Assembly (NCBI RefSeq): GCF_009931435.1
Contig: NZ_CP043414.1
Length of the DNA: 64,000 nucleotides
Strand: one strand, 5' to 3'
From: Escherichia coli
Lineage (GTDB): Bacteria > Pseudomonadota > Gammaproteobacteria > Enterobacterales > Enterobacteriaceae
The notes under the pieces are model-generated. The model was not told where the DNA came from. It made no database searches and was given only the letters and a program-made list of their open reading frames with translations. This document shows, piece by piece, positions 16,840 through 28,124 of this stretch (position 1 is the stretch's first letter; the number at the start of each line of letters is the position of its first letter). The translations under genes were made by a program, and so were the position numbers.

Positions 16840-17394
16840 TTACTCTTCAGAATCTTCTTCCAGCTCGTCCCACATTGCACTAATAGCATCGCGGGTTAGC
16901 GGTGCCATGGTGCGCCAGAAAGGCGTAGTTGCATGGGCCTCCACTTTGCCAAGGAACGCACCACACCAGGGTAACAGATACTCACTGAACAGTGTTTCCA
17001 GTGCTTCGCTCTCATCTTCCGTTGACTGATCTTCCAGCCAGGAAGCCGCGAGCAGCAATGTACCGATGTGATCGGCTGGCGTATCCGCTAATGGCATCCC
17101 TCGTTCGGAAAGAAAAGCGCGCACTTCCGCTTCCGTCGCGCCCTCAACCCATGCGCTACGATATGGCGGCACAGCACATTCATCGCCGATAAACAACGCA
17201 TTGTATTCGGCAGAGACTTGCGCCATATCACAGCTTTTCTGTAAACGTGTCAGTAACTCATCCTGCTCCAGTGGCCAGTTCGCAGCCAGTTTCCCCTCAC
17301 GAATCAGGGTAAACAGCGGCACCAGTAAAGGATCTTGCGGTTGGCGGTAATAGAGCGAACCCAGCACACGACAGAGGATAGAAAACTCGTTCAT
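16840..17394 (-). CDS. ycdY: TorD-family redox enzyme maturation chaperone YcdY
   Basis: 184-aa ORF; sequence recognised as YcdY; upstream partner of ycdX. Confidence 0.9.
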   Translation of the reverse strand: MNEFSILCRVLGSLYYRQPQDPLLVPLFTLIREGKLAANWPLEQDELLTRLQKSCDMAQVSAEYNALFIGDECAVPPYRSAWVEGATEAEVRAFLSERGMPLADTPADHIGTLLLAASWLEDQSTEDESEALETLFSEYLLPWCGAFLGKVEAHATTPFWRTMAPLTRDAISAMWDELEEDSEE

Positions 17395-17417
17395 TAATAT
17401 ATTTCCATTACTAGTAA

Positions 17418-18155
17418 TTAAAGGTCTGCAAATTCCGCAATCGGTGCCATACCACGAGATTCAAGGAAGTTCAGTAAGCGGCGCGGAGAAACATTCAAAA
17501 TGCGCTCTGGCGGAAAATCTACCGCGTCGAGGATTTTAAGACACTCTTCAAATTCACCCATGGTAAACGCGGTGTGAGAATCCGAGCCTAATGCCACCCA
17601 ACCTCCAGCGTCACGTACCGCTGCGGCTACCGCACGACAGTTGTCTTCACTGCCCTTACGTGAGTGTAAAAATGAGGAATTATTGATTTCCAGCGCCACC
17701 TGATGTTTCGCAGCTGCTTCAGCAACGGCTTTAACATCTATTTCATATTTCGGATTTCCGGGATGGCTTATTATATGCACATTGCCGCTGGCGATAGTGG
17801 CGATCATCGCTTGCGTATTGGTCGCTTTGTCATGCGGCGCAAACACCGGCTCATGAAAACCGGCAATAATCAGATCCAGCGAATCAAACATTTTGCCACT
17901 GCAGTCAATTTCACCGTCAACATTTTTAATGTTAGCTTCGATCCCGCGCAGGATCCCAACCCCATCAACCACTCGCGGCCAGATACGCATGTTAATGAAG
18001 TGCCAGTGATGCGGCGCATCTTCCATATCCGGGCCATGATCGGTGATCGCAAAAAGTTTAATGCCCTTTTGTTTGGCCTGGGCAATGTAATCACTCAATG
18101 TGCTATATGCATGCGTGCTAGCAACGGTATGCATATGAAGGTCGACGGGATACAT
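17418..18155 (-). CDS. ycdX: PHP-domain metal-dependent phosphoesterase YcdX
   Basis: 245-aa ORF starting [14 protein letters not shown] (PHP-domain His motif). Confidence 0.9.
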
Positions 18156-18209
18156 AACTCTCTCCTGTATTCAATTCCCGCCAAGGATAGCAGGAAACCT
18201 GATGCTTTA

Positions 18210-19187
<978 letters not shown>

Positions 19188-19381
19188 TTATCGTTATGAT
19201 CTACAAAGGCCACCAGCATAACAAATCCGTGGTCGGTGGCAAAAAAAGCAGATTTCGCTTATTAAAACTGCATATTGATTGAAGTTTGAATAAACGCGCG
19301 ATTTTTTTAAAAAGTTTGTTGACCTCAGGTCATGATTTCCCTAAATTAGCGCCCGTTCCAGCAAGACAGGAACGACAATTT

Positions 19382-19469
19382 GGTGAGGTGTCCGAGTGGC
19401 TGAAGGAGCACGCCTGGAAAGTGTGTATACGGCAACGTATCGGGGGTTCGAATCCCCCCCTCACCGCCA
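19382..19469 (+). tRNA. serX: tRNA-Ser (anticodon GGA), serX-type
   Basis: 88-nt sequence GGTGAGGTGTCCGAGTGGCTGAAGG...CCTGGAAA...GGTTCGAATCCCCCCCTCACCGCCA with long variable arm and encoded CCA. Confidence 0.95.
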
Positions 19470-19935
19470 TCTTTAAAGAAGAGCTCGTACGAAAGTACGG
19501 GCTTTTTTTTCGTATATTGCACACACCGGGGGGATGAGAAGCCCCGACAGGGGTTCGACAACTGGCGACAGCCAGTTGGACAGACCGTGAACGCAGTGAG
19601 CGGGCTGCCCGCAGGGCGAGCGAAGCGAGTCAATCCCCCCCTCACCGCCATCTTTAAAGAAGAGCTCGTACGAAAGTACGGGCTTTTTTTTTGTATATTG
19701 CACACACCGGGGGGATGAGAAGCCCCGACAGGGGTTCGACAACTGGCGACAGCCAGTTGGACAGACCGTGAACGCAGTGAGCGGGCTGCCCGCAGGGCGA
19801 GCGAAGCGAGTCAATCCCCCCCTCACCGCCATCTTTAAAGAAGAGCTCGTACGAAGGTACGGGCTTTTTTTTCGTATATTGCACACACCGGGGGATGAAA
19901 AGCCCCGACCGGGGTTCGACAACTGGCGACAAACT
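19461..19935. repeat. About 2.6 tandem copies of a ~181-bp unit, each carrying the serX 3'-terminal ~20 nt plus the terminator hairpin
   Basis: The string tcaccgccatctttaaagaagagctcgtacgaaagtacgggc recurs at about 19461, 19642 and 19823; copies 1 and 2 are near-identical, copy 3 is truncated and diverged; each unit also has an 8-bp palindrome caactggc-gaca-gccagttg. Confidence 0.85.
19482..19510 (+). terminator. Rho-independent terminator of serX (gctcgtac-gaaa-gtacgggc + T8)
   Basis: Hairpin followed by 8 T residues immediately 3' of the tRNA; repeated in each downstream repeat unit. Confidence 0.75.
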
Positions 19936-21392
19936 CAATCATCATCCTTGCAGTTGATAAGAATTTCTGCCTCTTTTACAACTATCTTATTACGTCCGGT
20001 TTCTTTCGCTTCATATAGTGCATTATCAGCCATTCGATAGATTTCATTCGGATTTAACGCACTTCCCTGAGTCACCACAGCGCCAATGCTAATCGTCACT
20101 TTTTGCGGTATGGCGTATTCAGGATTATCGCCTGTCAAACGCTCTACATTTGCCCTTATCCTTTCGGCTAAAACTTTCGCGCTTTCAGTATCGGTCTCCG
20201 TCAGCAAGACGCCAAACTCTTCGCCGCCAACGCGTGCTAAAAGGTCATTTGGTCGTATGCTTTTCCCAATGATGCTCACCACTGTTTTTATCACCTGATC
20301 GCCAACCGGATGCCCCCACGTATCGTTAACTTTTTTAAAGTGATCGATATCCATAATCATGACACAATAAGACGTTTTTTGGGCTGATGCTGATTGAGCC
20401 TTCAGTTCATTGAAAAAATAATTCCTGTTAAATATATTAGTTAATGGATCGCGATGGGCAATGTTCTTTGTTACTCGTAGCGCACTGAAAATATGGCACA
20501 TAAATATTACCATAACGGTTAATTTACTGACTACTTCAATAGTGCGGCTAATATACCAAGTGGACACACTATACCTGCTCATAAATAACAGAGAGATATT
20601 ATACAGCACGGCACAGAAAGCAATCACTGATACTCCATTCCAGATATCACAGCGTAAACCATTAAAGTATAGATTAACCAAAAGCAAGATTAACCACATG
20701 AAAATTATTATGGTAACATATGAGGTTTTCCAGACTACCTGACCATTTTCATTTGTTAACTCGGCAATATGTAAACTGTAGTCATCATAATGACTACTTA
20801 GCATGTGAGCAACTGCCGCCCCCCCATAAATAAAAAATAGGCTTATACACAATGTCATTTTTTTGGAAAAAAAACAGCGTTTCTTATTGTTTTCACTAAC
20901 TTTATTCACCAGCGCTAGCAATATTAACATGCACAAACTCATCTGACGAAACAAATAATAAATTGCAATATCATTTTGTACAACGCTGCTTATCAAATGC
21001 CCCTCAATAAATTGCTGAATGATAATGACAGTTTTAACAAAGTAAATCAAACAACTCAGAAACGCTAAACTAAGTATACAGTTTGAAAATTGCACACGAT
21101 CATAAATGAAATACAATTGCATGAAAATAAATGCAACGGTATCGATAAAAAATAAAGCAATCATAACCATTAGATAGGTTGATCGTGGAACAACCTCCTC
21201 AACGGTTGGCTGATTAAACCAACTATTTACCAAAACGAATGCAAGCCCAAACAATAAGCTCACCAATACAGTACTACTAATTCCCAAATAGTCTTTTTCC
21301 ATAAAGCTACACCAATCTGTAGGTTGTAGATCCCTTTCTGTCACTAATAGATATAAGAACTGTACTGTTGTCAATATAAAAATCCACCACAA
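19935..21392 (-). CDS. dgcT: Membrane-anchored diguanylate cyclase DgcT (YcdT), GGDEF domain
   Basis: 485-aa ORF beginning at a TTG codon; first in-frame ATG (MEKDYLG...) would give 455 aa. N-terminal multi-TM region plus C-terminal GGDEF with intact GGEEF motif. AT-rich gene. Confidence 0.88.
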   Translation of the reverse strand: MWWIFILTTVQFLYLLVTERDLQPTDWCSFMEKDYLGISSTVLVSLLFGLAFVLVNSWFNQPTVEEVVPRSTYLMVMIALFFIDTVAFIFMQLYFIYDRVQFSNCILSLAFLSCLIYFVKTVIIIQQFIEGHLISSVVQNDIAIYYLFRQMSLCMLILLALVNKVSENNKKRCFFSKKMTLCISLFFIYGGAAVAHMLSSHYDDYSLHIAELTNENGQVVWKTSYVTIIIFMWLILLLVNLYFNGLRCDIWNGVSVIAFCAVLYNISLLFMSRYSVSTWYISRTIEVVSKLTVMVIFMCHIFSALRVTKNIAHRDPLTNIFNRNYFFNELKAQSASAQKTSYCVMIMDIDHFKKVNDTWGHPVGDQVIKTVVSIIGKSIRPNDLLARVGGEEFGVLLTETDTESAKVLAERIRANVERLTGDNPEYAIPQKVTISIGAVVTQGSALNPNEIYRMADNALYEAKETGRNKIVVKEAEILINCKDDD

Positions 21393-21657
21393 ACAATACC
21401 AATGATGATAGTTGCAGACCGCAATTATTATTACCTTAGTGCTTTATACATTCTTCGCGACAAGACAGGCTTGCAAATACATATAAATGGTTATAAGGAA
21501 ATCCTTATAAAACATTAATTCATAGATATATTAGGAATAACAATTGAATCCGTGAGTACAGTAACGCTGCATTTCATCAGGACTTTCGAAAAATCCGATA
21601 TCATGCATCGGAATTTACTGATTTAATTATTTTAATCCTAATTTATTTTGAAAAAGG

Positions 21658-21894
21658 CATTGGAATTTATGCCGTATTCCTGAAGTTCCTCATCATTGGA
21701 ATGGATTTTCGGGCGAGAAAAGGATTTTATATGGATACTCTACTCATCATTTCTTCTTCTCATCATCAACAATTCACGTCTCTCTTCCGCGTTTAATAAC
21801 GGATTATGATGTGCATAAAAAATATCTTTCGTTTCAGTTACCTGTAATTAGATACAGAGAGAGATTTTGGCAATACATGGAGTAATACAGGATG
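21658..21894 (+). promoter_or_regulatory. pgaA 5' leader with GGA motifs (candidate CsrA binding sites) including one over the start codon
   Basis: GGA-containing motifs at about 21801, 21877 and acaGGAtg overlapping the ATG at 21892; leader extent taken from published knowledge of pgaABCD regulation, not mapped here. Confidence 0.45.
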
Positions 21895-24315
21895 TATTCA
21901 AGTAGCAGAAAAAGGTGCCCGAAAACCAAATGGGCTTTGAAAATTCTTACTGCCGCATTTTTAGCAGCGAGTCCCGCGGCGAAGAGTGCTGTTAATAATG
22001 CCTATGATGCATTGATTATCGAAGCTCGCAAGGGAAATACTCAGCCAGCTTTGTTATGGTTTGCACAAAAATCAGCACTCAGTAATAACCAAATTGCTGA
22101 CTGGTTACAGATTGCCTTATGGGCCGGGCAAGATAAACAGGTTATTACCGTTTACAACCGCTACCGTCATCAGCAATTACCAGCGCGTGGTTATGCAGCT
22201 GTCGCCGTCGCTTATCGTAACCTGCAACAATGGCAAAACTCGCTTACACTGTGGCAAAAGGCACTCTCTCTGGAGTCGCAAAATAAGGATTATCAACGGG
22301 GACAAATTTTAACCCTGGCAGATGCGGGTCACTATGATTCTGCGCTGGTTAAACTTAAGCAGCTTAACTCTGGAGCACCGGACAAAGCTAATTTACTCGC
22401 AGAAGCCTATATCTATAAACTGGCGGGGCGGCATGAGGATGAATTACGGGCGATGACAGGGTCATTACCTGAAAATGCCTTAACGCAACAATATCCCACA
22501 GAATACGTGCAGGCATTACGGAATAATCAACTTGCTGCCGCGATTGACGATGCCAATTTAACGCCAGATATTCGCGCTGATATTCATGCCGAACTGGTCA
22601 GACTGTCGTTTATGCCTACGCGCAGTGAAAGTGAACGTTATGCCATTGCCGATCGCGCCCTCGCCCAATACGCTGCATTAGAAATTCTGTGGCATGATAA
22701 CCCTGACCGCACTGCCCAGTACCAGCGTATTCAGGTTGATCATCTTGGCGCGTTATTAACTCGCGATCGTTATAAAGACGTTATTTCTCACTATCAGCGT
22801 TTAAAAAAGACGGGGCAAATTATTCCGCCCTGGGCGCAATATTGGGTTGCGTCGGCTTATCTCAAAGAACATCAGCCAAAAAAAGCACAGTCAATAATGA
22901 CAGAGATCTTTTATCACAAGGAGACCATTGCCCCGGATTTATCCGATGAAGAACTTGCGGATCTCTTTTACAGCCACCTGGAGAGTGAAAATTATCCCGG
23001 CGCGCTAACTGTCACCCAACATACCATTAATACTTCGCCGCCTTTCCTTCGGTTAATGGGCACGCCTACGAGCATCCCGAATGATACCTGGTTACAGGGG
23101 CATTCGTTTCTCTCAACCGTAGCAAAATATAGTAATGATCTTCCTCAGGCTGAAATGACAGCCAGAGAGCTTGCTTATAACGCACCAGGAAATCAGGGAC
23201 TGCGCATTGATTACGCGAGTGTGTTACAAGCCCGCGGTTGGCCTCGTGCGGCAGAAAATGAATTAAAAAAAGCAGAAGTGATCGAGCCACGTAATATTAA
23301 TCTGGAGGTTGAACAAGCCTGGACAGCATTAACGTTACAAGAATGGCAGCAGGCAGCGGTCTTAACGCACGATGTTGTCGAACGTGAACCGCAAGATCCC
23401 GGCGTTGTACGTTTAAAACGTGCGGTTGATGTACATAATCTTGCAGAGCTTCGTATCGCTGGTTCAACAGGAATTGATGCCGAAGGTCCGGATAGTGGCA
23501 AACATGATGTCGACTTAACCACCATCGTTTATTCACCACCGCTGAATGATAACTGGCGCGGTTTTGCTGGATTCGGTTATGCCGATGGACAATTTAGCGA
23601 AGGAAAAGGGATTATTCGCGACTGGCTTGCGGGTGTTGAGTGGCGGTCACGTAATATCTGGCTTGAGGCGGAGTACACCGAACGCTTTTTCAATCATGAG
23701 CATAAACCCGGCGCGCGCCTGTCTGGCTGGTATGATTTTAATGATAACTGGCGTATTGGTTCGCAACTGGAACGCCTCTCTCACCGCGTTCCATTACGGG
23801 CAATGAAAAATGGTGTTACAGGCAACAGTGCACAGGCTTATGTTCGCTGGTATCAAAATGAGCGGCGTAAGTACGGTGTCTCTTGGGCTTTCACTGATTT
23901 TTCTGACAGTAATCAGCGTCATGAAGTCTCACTTGAGGGTCAGGAACGCATCTGGTCTTCACCATATTTGATTGTCGATTTCCTCCCCAATCTGTATTAC
24001 GAACAAAATACAGAACACGACACCCCATACTACAACCCTATAAAAATGTTCGATATTGTTCCGGCATTTGAGGCAAGTCATTTGTTATGGCGAAGCTATG
24101 AAAATAGCTGGGAGCAAATCTTCAGCGCAGGTGTTGGTGCCTCCTGGCAAAAACATTATGGCACGGATGTCGTCACCCAACTCGGCTACGGGCAACGCAT
24201 TAGCTGGAATGACGTGATTGATGCTGGCGCAACGCTACGCTGGGAAAAACGACCTTATGACGGTGACAGAGAACACAACTTATACGTTGAATTCGATATG
24301 ACATTCAGATTTTAA
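21892..24315 (+). CDS. pgaA: PGA (poly-beta-1,6-N-acetylglucosamine) outer-membrane export porin PgaA
   Basis: 807-aa ORF with signal peptide, TPR-like N-terminal half and beta-barrel C-terminus ending in F; recognised as PgaA. Confidence 0.95.
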   Translation: MYSSSRKRCPKTKWALKILTAAFLAASPAAKSAVNNAYDALIIEARKGNTQPALLWFAQKSALSNNQIADWLQIALWAGQDKQVITVYNRYRHQQLPARGYAAVAVAYRNLQQWQNSLTLWQKALSLESQNKDYQRGQILTLADAGHYDSALVKLKQLNSGAPDKANLLAEAYIYKLAGRHEDELRAMTGSLPENALTQQYPTEYVQALRNNQLAAAIDDANLTPDIRADIHAELVRLSFMPTRSESERYAIADRALAQYAALEILWHDNPDRTAQYQRIQVDHLGALLTRDRYKDVISHYQRLKKTGQIIPPWAQYWVASAYLKEHQPKKAQSIMTEIFYHKETIAPDLSDEELADLFYSHLESENYPGALTVTQHTINTSPPFLRLMGTPTSIPNDTWLQGHSFLSTVAKYSNDLPQAEMTARELAYNAPGNQGLRIDYASVLQARGWPRAAENELKKAEVIEPRNINLEVEQAWTALTLQEWQQAAVLTHDVVEREPQDPGVVRLKRAVDVHNLAELRIAGSTGIDAEGPDSGKHDVDLTTIVYSPPLNDNWRGFAGFGYADGQFSEGKGIIRDWLAGVEWRSRNIWLEAEYTERFFNHEHKPGARLSGWYDFNDNWRIGSQLERLSHRVPLRAMKNGVTGNSAQAYVRWYQNERRKYGVSWAFTDFSDSNQRHEVSLEGQERIWSSPYLIVDFLPNLYYEQNTEHDTPYYNPIKMFDIVPAFEASHLLWRSYENSWEQIFSAGVGASWQKHYGTDVVTQLGYGQRISWNDVIDAGATLRWEKRPYDGDREHNLYVEFDMTFRF

Positions 24316-24323
24316 GGATAAAT

Positions 24324-26342
24324 ATGTTACGTAATGGAAATAAATATCTCCTGATGCTGGTGAGTATAATTATGCTCACTGCGTGCATTAGCCAGTCAAG
24401 AACATCATTTATACCGCCACAGGATCGCGAATCTTTACTCGCCGAGCAACCGTGGCCGCATAATGGTTTTGTGGCGATTTCATGGCATAACGTTGAAGAC
24501 GAAGCTGCCGACCAGCGTTTTATGTCAGTGCGGACATCAGCACTGCGTGAACAATTTGCCTGGCTGCGCGAGAACGGTTATCAACCGGTCAGTATTGCTC
24601 AAATTCGTGAAGCACATCGAGGAGGAAAACCGCTACCGGAAAAAGCAGTAGTGCTGACTTTTGATGACGGCTACCAGAGTTTTTATACCCGCGTCTTCCC
24701 AATTCTTCAGGCCTTCCAGTGGCCTGCTGTATGGGCCCCCGTCGGCAGTTGGGTCGATACGCCAGCGGATGAACAAGTAAAATTTGGCGATGAGATGGTC
24801 GATCGAGAATATTTTGCCACGTGGCAACAAGTGCGAGAAGTTGCGCGTTCCCGGCTCGTTGAGGTCGCTTCTCATACATGGAATTCTCACTACGGTATTC
24901 AGGCTAATGCCACCGGCAGCTTATTGCCTGTATATGTAAATCGTGCATATTTTACTGACCACGCACGGTATGAAACCGCAGCAGAATACCGGGAAAGAAT
25001 GCGTCTGGATGCTGTAAAAATGACGGAATACCTGCGTACAAAGGCTAAGGTAAATCCACACGTTTTTGTTTGGCCTTATGGTGAAGCGAATGGCATAGCG
25101 ATAGAGGAATTAAAAAAACTCGGTTATGACATGTTCTTCACCCTTGAATCAGGTTTGGCAAATGCGTCACAATTGGATTCCATTCCGCGAGTATTAATCG
25201 CCAATAATCCCTCATTAAAAGAGTTTGCCCAGCAAATTATTACCGTACAGGAAAAATCATCACAACGGGTAATGCATATCGATCTTGATTACGTTTATGA
25301 CGAAAACCGCCAGCAAATGGATCGCAATATTGATGTGCTAATTCAGCGGGTGAAAGATATGCAAATATCAACCGTGTATTTGCAGGCATTTGCTGATCCC
25401 GATGGTGATGGGCTGGTCAAAGAGGTCTGGTTTCCAAATCGTTTGCTACCAATGAAAGCAGATATTTTTAGTCGGGTTGCCTGGCAATTACGTACCCGCT
25501 CAGGTGTAAACATCTATGCGTGGATGCCGGTATTAAGCTGGGATTTAGATCCCACATTAACGCGAGTAAAATATTTACCAACAGGGGAGAAAAAAGCACA
25601 AATTCATCCTGAACAATATCGCCGTCTATCTCCTTTTGATGACAGGGTCAGAGCACAAGTTGGCATGTTATATGAAGATCTTGCCGGACATGCTGCTTTT
25701 GATGGCATATTGTTCCACGATGATGCTTTGCTTTCAGATTATGAAGATGCCAGTGCACCGGCTATCACGGCTTATCAGCAAGCAGGCTTTAGCGGGAGTC
25801 TGAGCGAAATTCGACAAAACCCGGAGCAATTTAAACAGTGGACCCGCTTTAAAAGTCGTGCGTTAACTGACTTCACTTTAGAACTTAGTGCGCGCGTAAA
25901 AGCCATTCGCGGTCCACATGTTAAAACTGCACGAAATATTTTTGCACTTCCGGTAATACAACCTGAAAGTGAAGCCTGGTTTGCACAGAATTATGCTGAT
26001 TTCCTAAAAAGCTATGACTGGACCGCTATTATGGCTATGCCTTATATGGAAGGTGTCGCAGAAAAATCGGCTGACCAATGGTTAATACAATTGACCAATC
26101 AAATTAAAAACATCCCTCAGGCTAAAGACAAATCTATTTTAGAATTACAGGCACAAAACTGGCAGAAAAATGGTCAGCATCAGGCTATTTCTTCGCAACA
26201 ACTCGCTCACTGGATGAGCCTATTACAACTGAATGGAATGAAAAACTATGGTTATTATCCCGACAATTTTCTGCATAACCAACCTGAAATAGACGTTATT
26301 CGTCCTGAGTTTTCAACAGCCTGGTATCCGAAAAATGATTAA
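24324..26342 (+). CDS. pgaB: PGA N-deacetylase lipoprotein PgaB
   Basis: 672-aa ORF with lipobox (MLTAC) and polysaccharide deacetylase motif (TFDDGY). Confidence 0.95.
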
Positions 26343-27660
26343 TCGCATCGTATCGTTTTTTATATTATGTCTGGTGTTATGCATACCCCTATGCGTAGCG
26401 TACTTTCACTCTGGTGAACTGATGATGAGGTTCGTTTTCTTCTGGCCGTTTTTTATGTCCATTATGTGGATTGTTGGCGGCGTCTATTTCTGGGTATATC
26501 GTGAACGCCACTGGCCGTGGGGAGAAAACGCACCAGCTCCCCAGTTGAAAGATAATCCGTCTATCTCCATTATCATTCCCTGTTTTAATGAGGAGAAAAA
26601 CGTTGAGGAAACCATACACGCCGCTTTAGCACAGCGTTATGAGAACATTGAAGTTATTGCCGTAAATGACGGTTCAACAGACAAAACCCGTGCCATCCTG
26701 GATCGCATGGCTGCACAAATTCCCCACCTGCGGGTCATTCATCTGGCGCAAAACCAGGGGAAAGCCATTGCGCTTAAAACCGGAGCTGCCGCGGCGAAAA
26801 GTGAATATCTGGTGTGCATTGATGGCGATGCGTTATTAGACCGCGATGCGGCGGCATATATTGTGGAACCGATGTTGTACAACCCGCGTGTGGGTGCCGT
26901 AACCGGTAATCCTCGTATTCGAACACGTTCTACCCTGGTGGGTAAAATTCAGGTTGGCGAGTATTCCTCAATTATTGGTTTGATCAAGCGAACCCAGCGT
27001 ATCTATGGAAACGTATTTACCGTTTCTGGTGTTATTGCCGCATTTCGTCGCAGCGCCCTGGCAGAAGTGGGTTACTGGAGTGACGATATGATCACCGAAG
27101 ATATTGATATTAGCTGGAAGCTGCAGTTGAATCAGTGGACGATTTTTTACGAGCCACGGGCGCTGTGCTGGATATTAATGCCTGAAACGTTAAAAGGGCT
27201 GTGGAAACAGCGCCTGCGCTGGGCTCAGGGCGGTGCAGAAGTATTCCTCAAAAATATGACAAGGCTATGGCGCAAAGAAAACTTTCGAATGTGGCCACTG
27301 TTTTTTGAATACTGTCTGACGACAATATGGGCCTTTACCTGCCTGGTCGGTTTCATTATTTACGCAGTCCAACTTGCAGGTGTACCGTTAAATATTGAAT
27401 TGACACATATCGCTGCGACACATACTGCCGGAATATTATTGTGTACGTTATGTTTACTGCAATTTATTGTCAGCCTGATGATCGAGAATCGCTATGAGCA
27501 TAATCTGACTTCATCGCTTTTCTGGATTATTTGGTTCCCGGTTATTTTCTGGATGCTGAGCCTGGCAACGACATTGGTATCATTTACACGAGTCATGTTG
27601 ATGCCTAAAAAGCAACGCGCCCGTTGGGTAAGTCCCGATCGAGGGATTCTGAGAGGTTAA
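26335..27660 (+). CDS. pgaC: PGA synthase glycosyltransferase (GT2) PgaC
   Basis: 441-aa ORF with GT2 motifs (DGD, QRLRW); 8-nt overlap with pgaB. Confidence 0.95.
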
Positions 27661-27661
27661 T

Positions 27662-28075
27662 ATGAACAATTTAATTATTACGACCCGACAATCGCCAGTA
27701 CGTTTAATGGTTGATTATGTTGCCACAACCATCTTATGGACATTATTTGCTTTGTTCATATTCTTATTCACCATGGATCTGCTGACGGGTTATTACTGGC
27801 AAAGTGAGGCCAGAAGCCGACTTCAGTTCTATTTTTTGCTGGCAGTGGCGAATGCCGTCGTGTTAATTGTCTGGGCGCTGTACAATAAGCTGCGTTTTCA
27901 AAAACAGCAGCATCATGCAGCCTACCAATATACGCCGCAAGAATATGCAGAGAGCTTAGCAATACCTGATGAGCTCTATCAGCAACTACAAAAAAGCCAC
28001 AGGATGAGCGTACACTTCACCAGCCAGGGGCAAATAAAAATGGTTGTTTCAGAAAAAGCGCTAGTCCGGGCATAA
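27662..28075 (+). CDS. pgaD: PGA synthesis accessory membrane protein PgaD
   Basis: 137-aa ORF with two TM segments, immediately after pgaC. Confidence 0.92.
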   Translation: MNNLIITTRQSPVRLMVDYVATTILWTLFALFIFLFTMDLLTGYYWQSEARSRLQFYFLLAVANAVVLIVWALYNKLRFQKQQHHAAYQYTPQEYAESLAIPDELYQQLQKSHRMSVHFTSQGQIKMVVSEKALVRA

Positions 28076-28088
28076 ACACCCAAAACAA

Positions 28089-28107
28089 AGCCCGGTTCGC
28101 CCGGGCT
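28089..28107. terminator. Hairpin (gcccgg-ttcgc-ccgggc) between convergent pgaD and phoH
   Basis: 6-bp GC stem; on the minus strand it is followed by a T-rich run, so likely the phoH terminator and possibly bidirectional. Confidence 0.5.
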
Positions 28108-28124
28108 CTGCGCCGATAATACAC

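Noticed and set aside
19382-19935. Possible CRISPR array or integrated genomic island at serX
   Set aside because: Repeat units are ~181 bp and directly abutting with no unique spacers, and no cas, integrase or cargo genes are adjacent; the structure fits tRNA-end/terminator tandem duplication instead.
19346-19938. Long minus-strand ORFs (119, 149, 94 aa) and plus-strand ORFs spanning the serX repeat array
   Set aside because: They run through the tRNA gene, its terminator and the tandem repeats; their length comes from the ~181-bp unit lacking stops in those frames. No RBS, and they shift frame between units.
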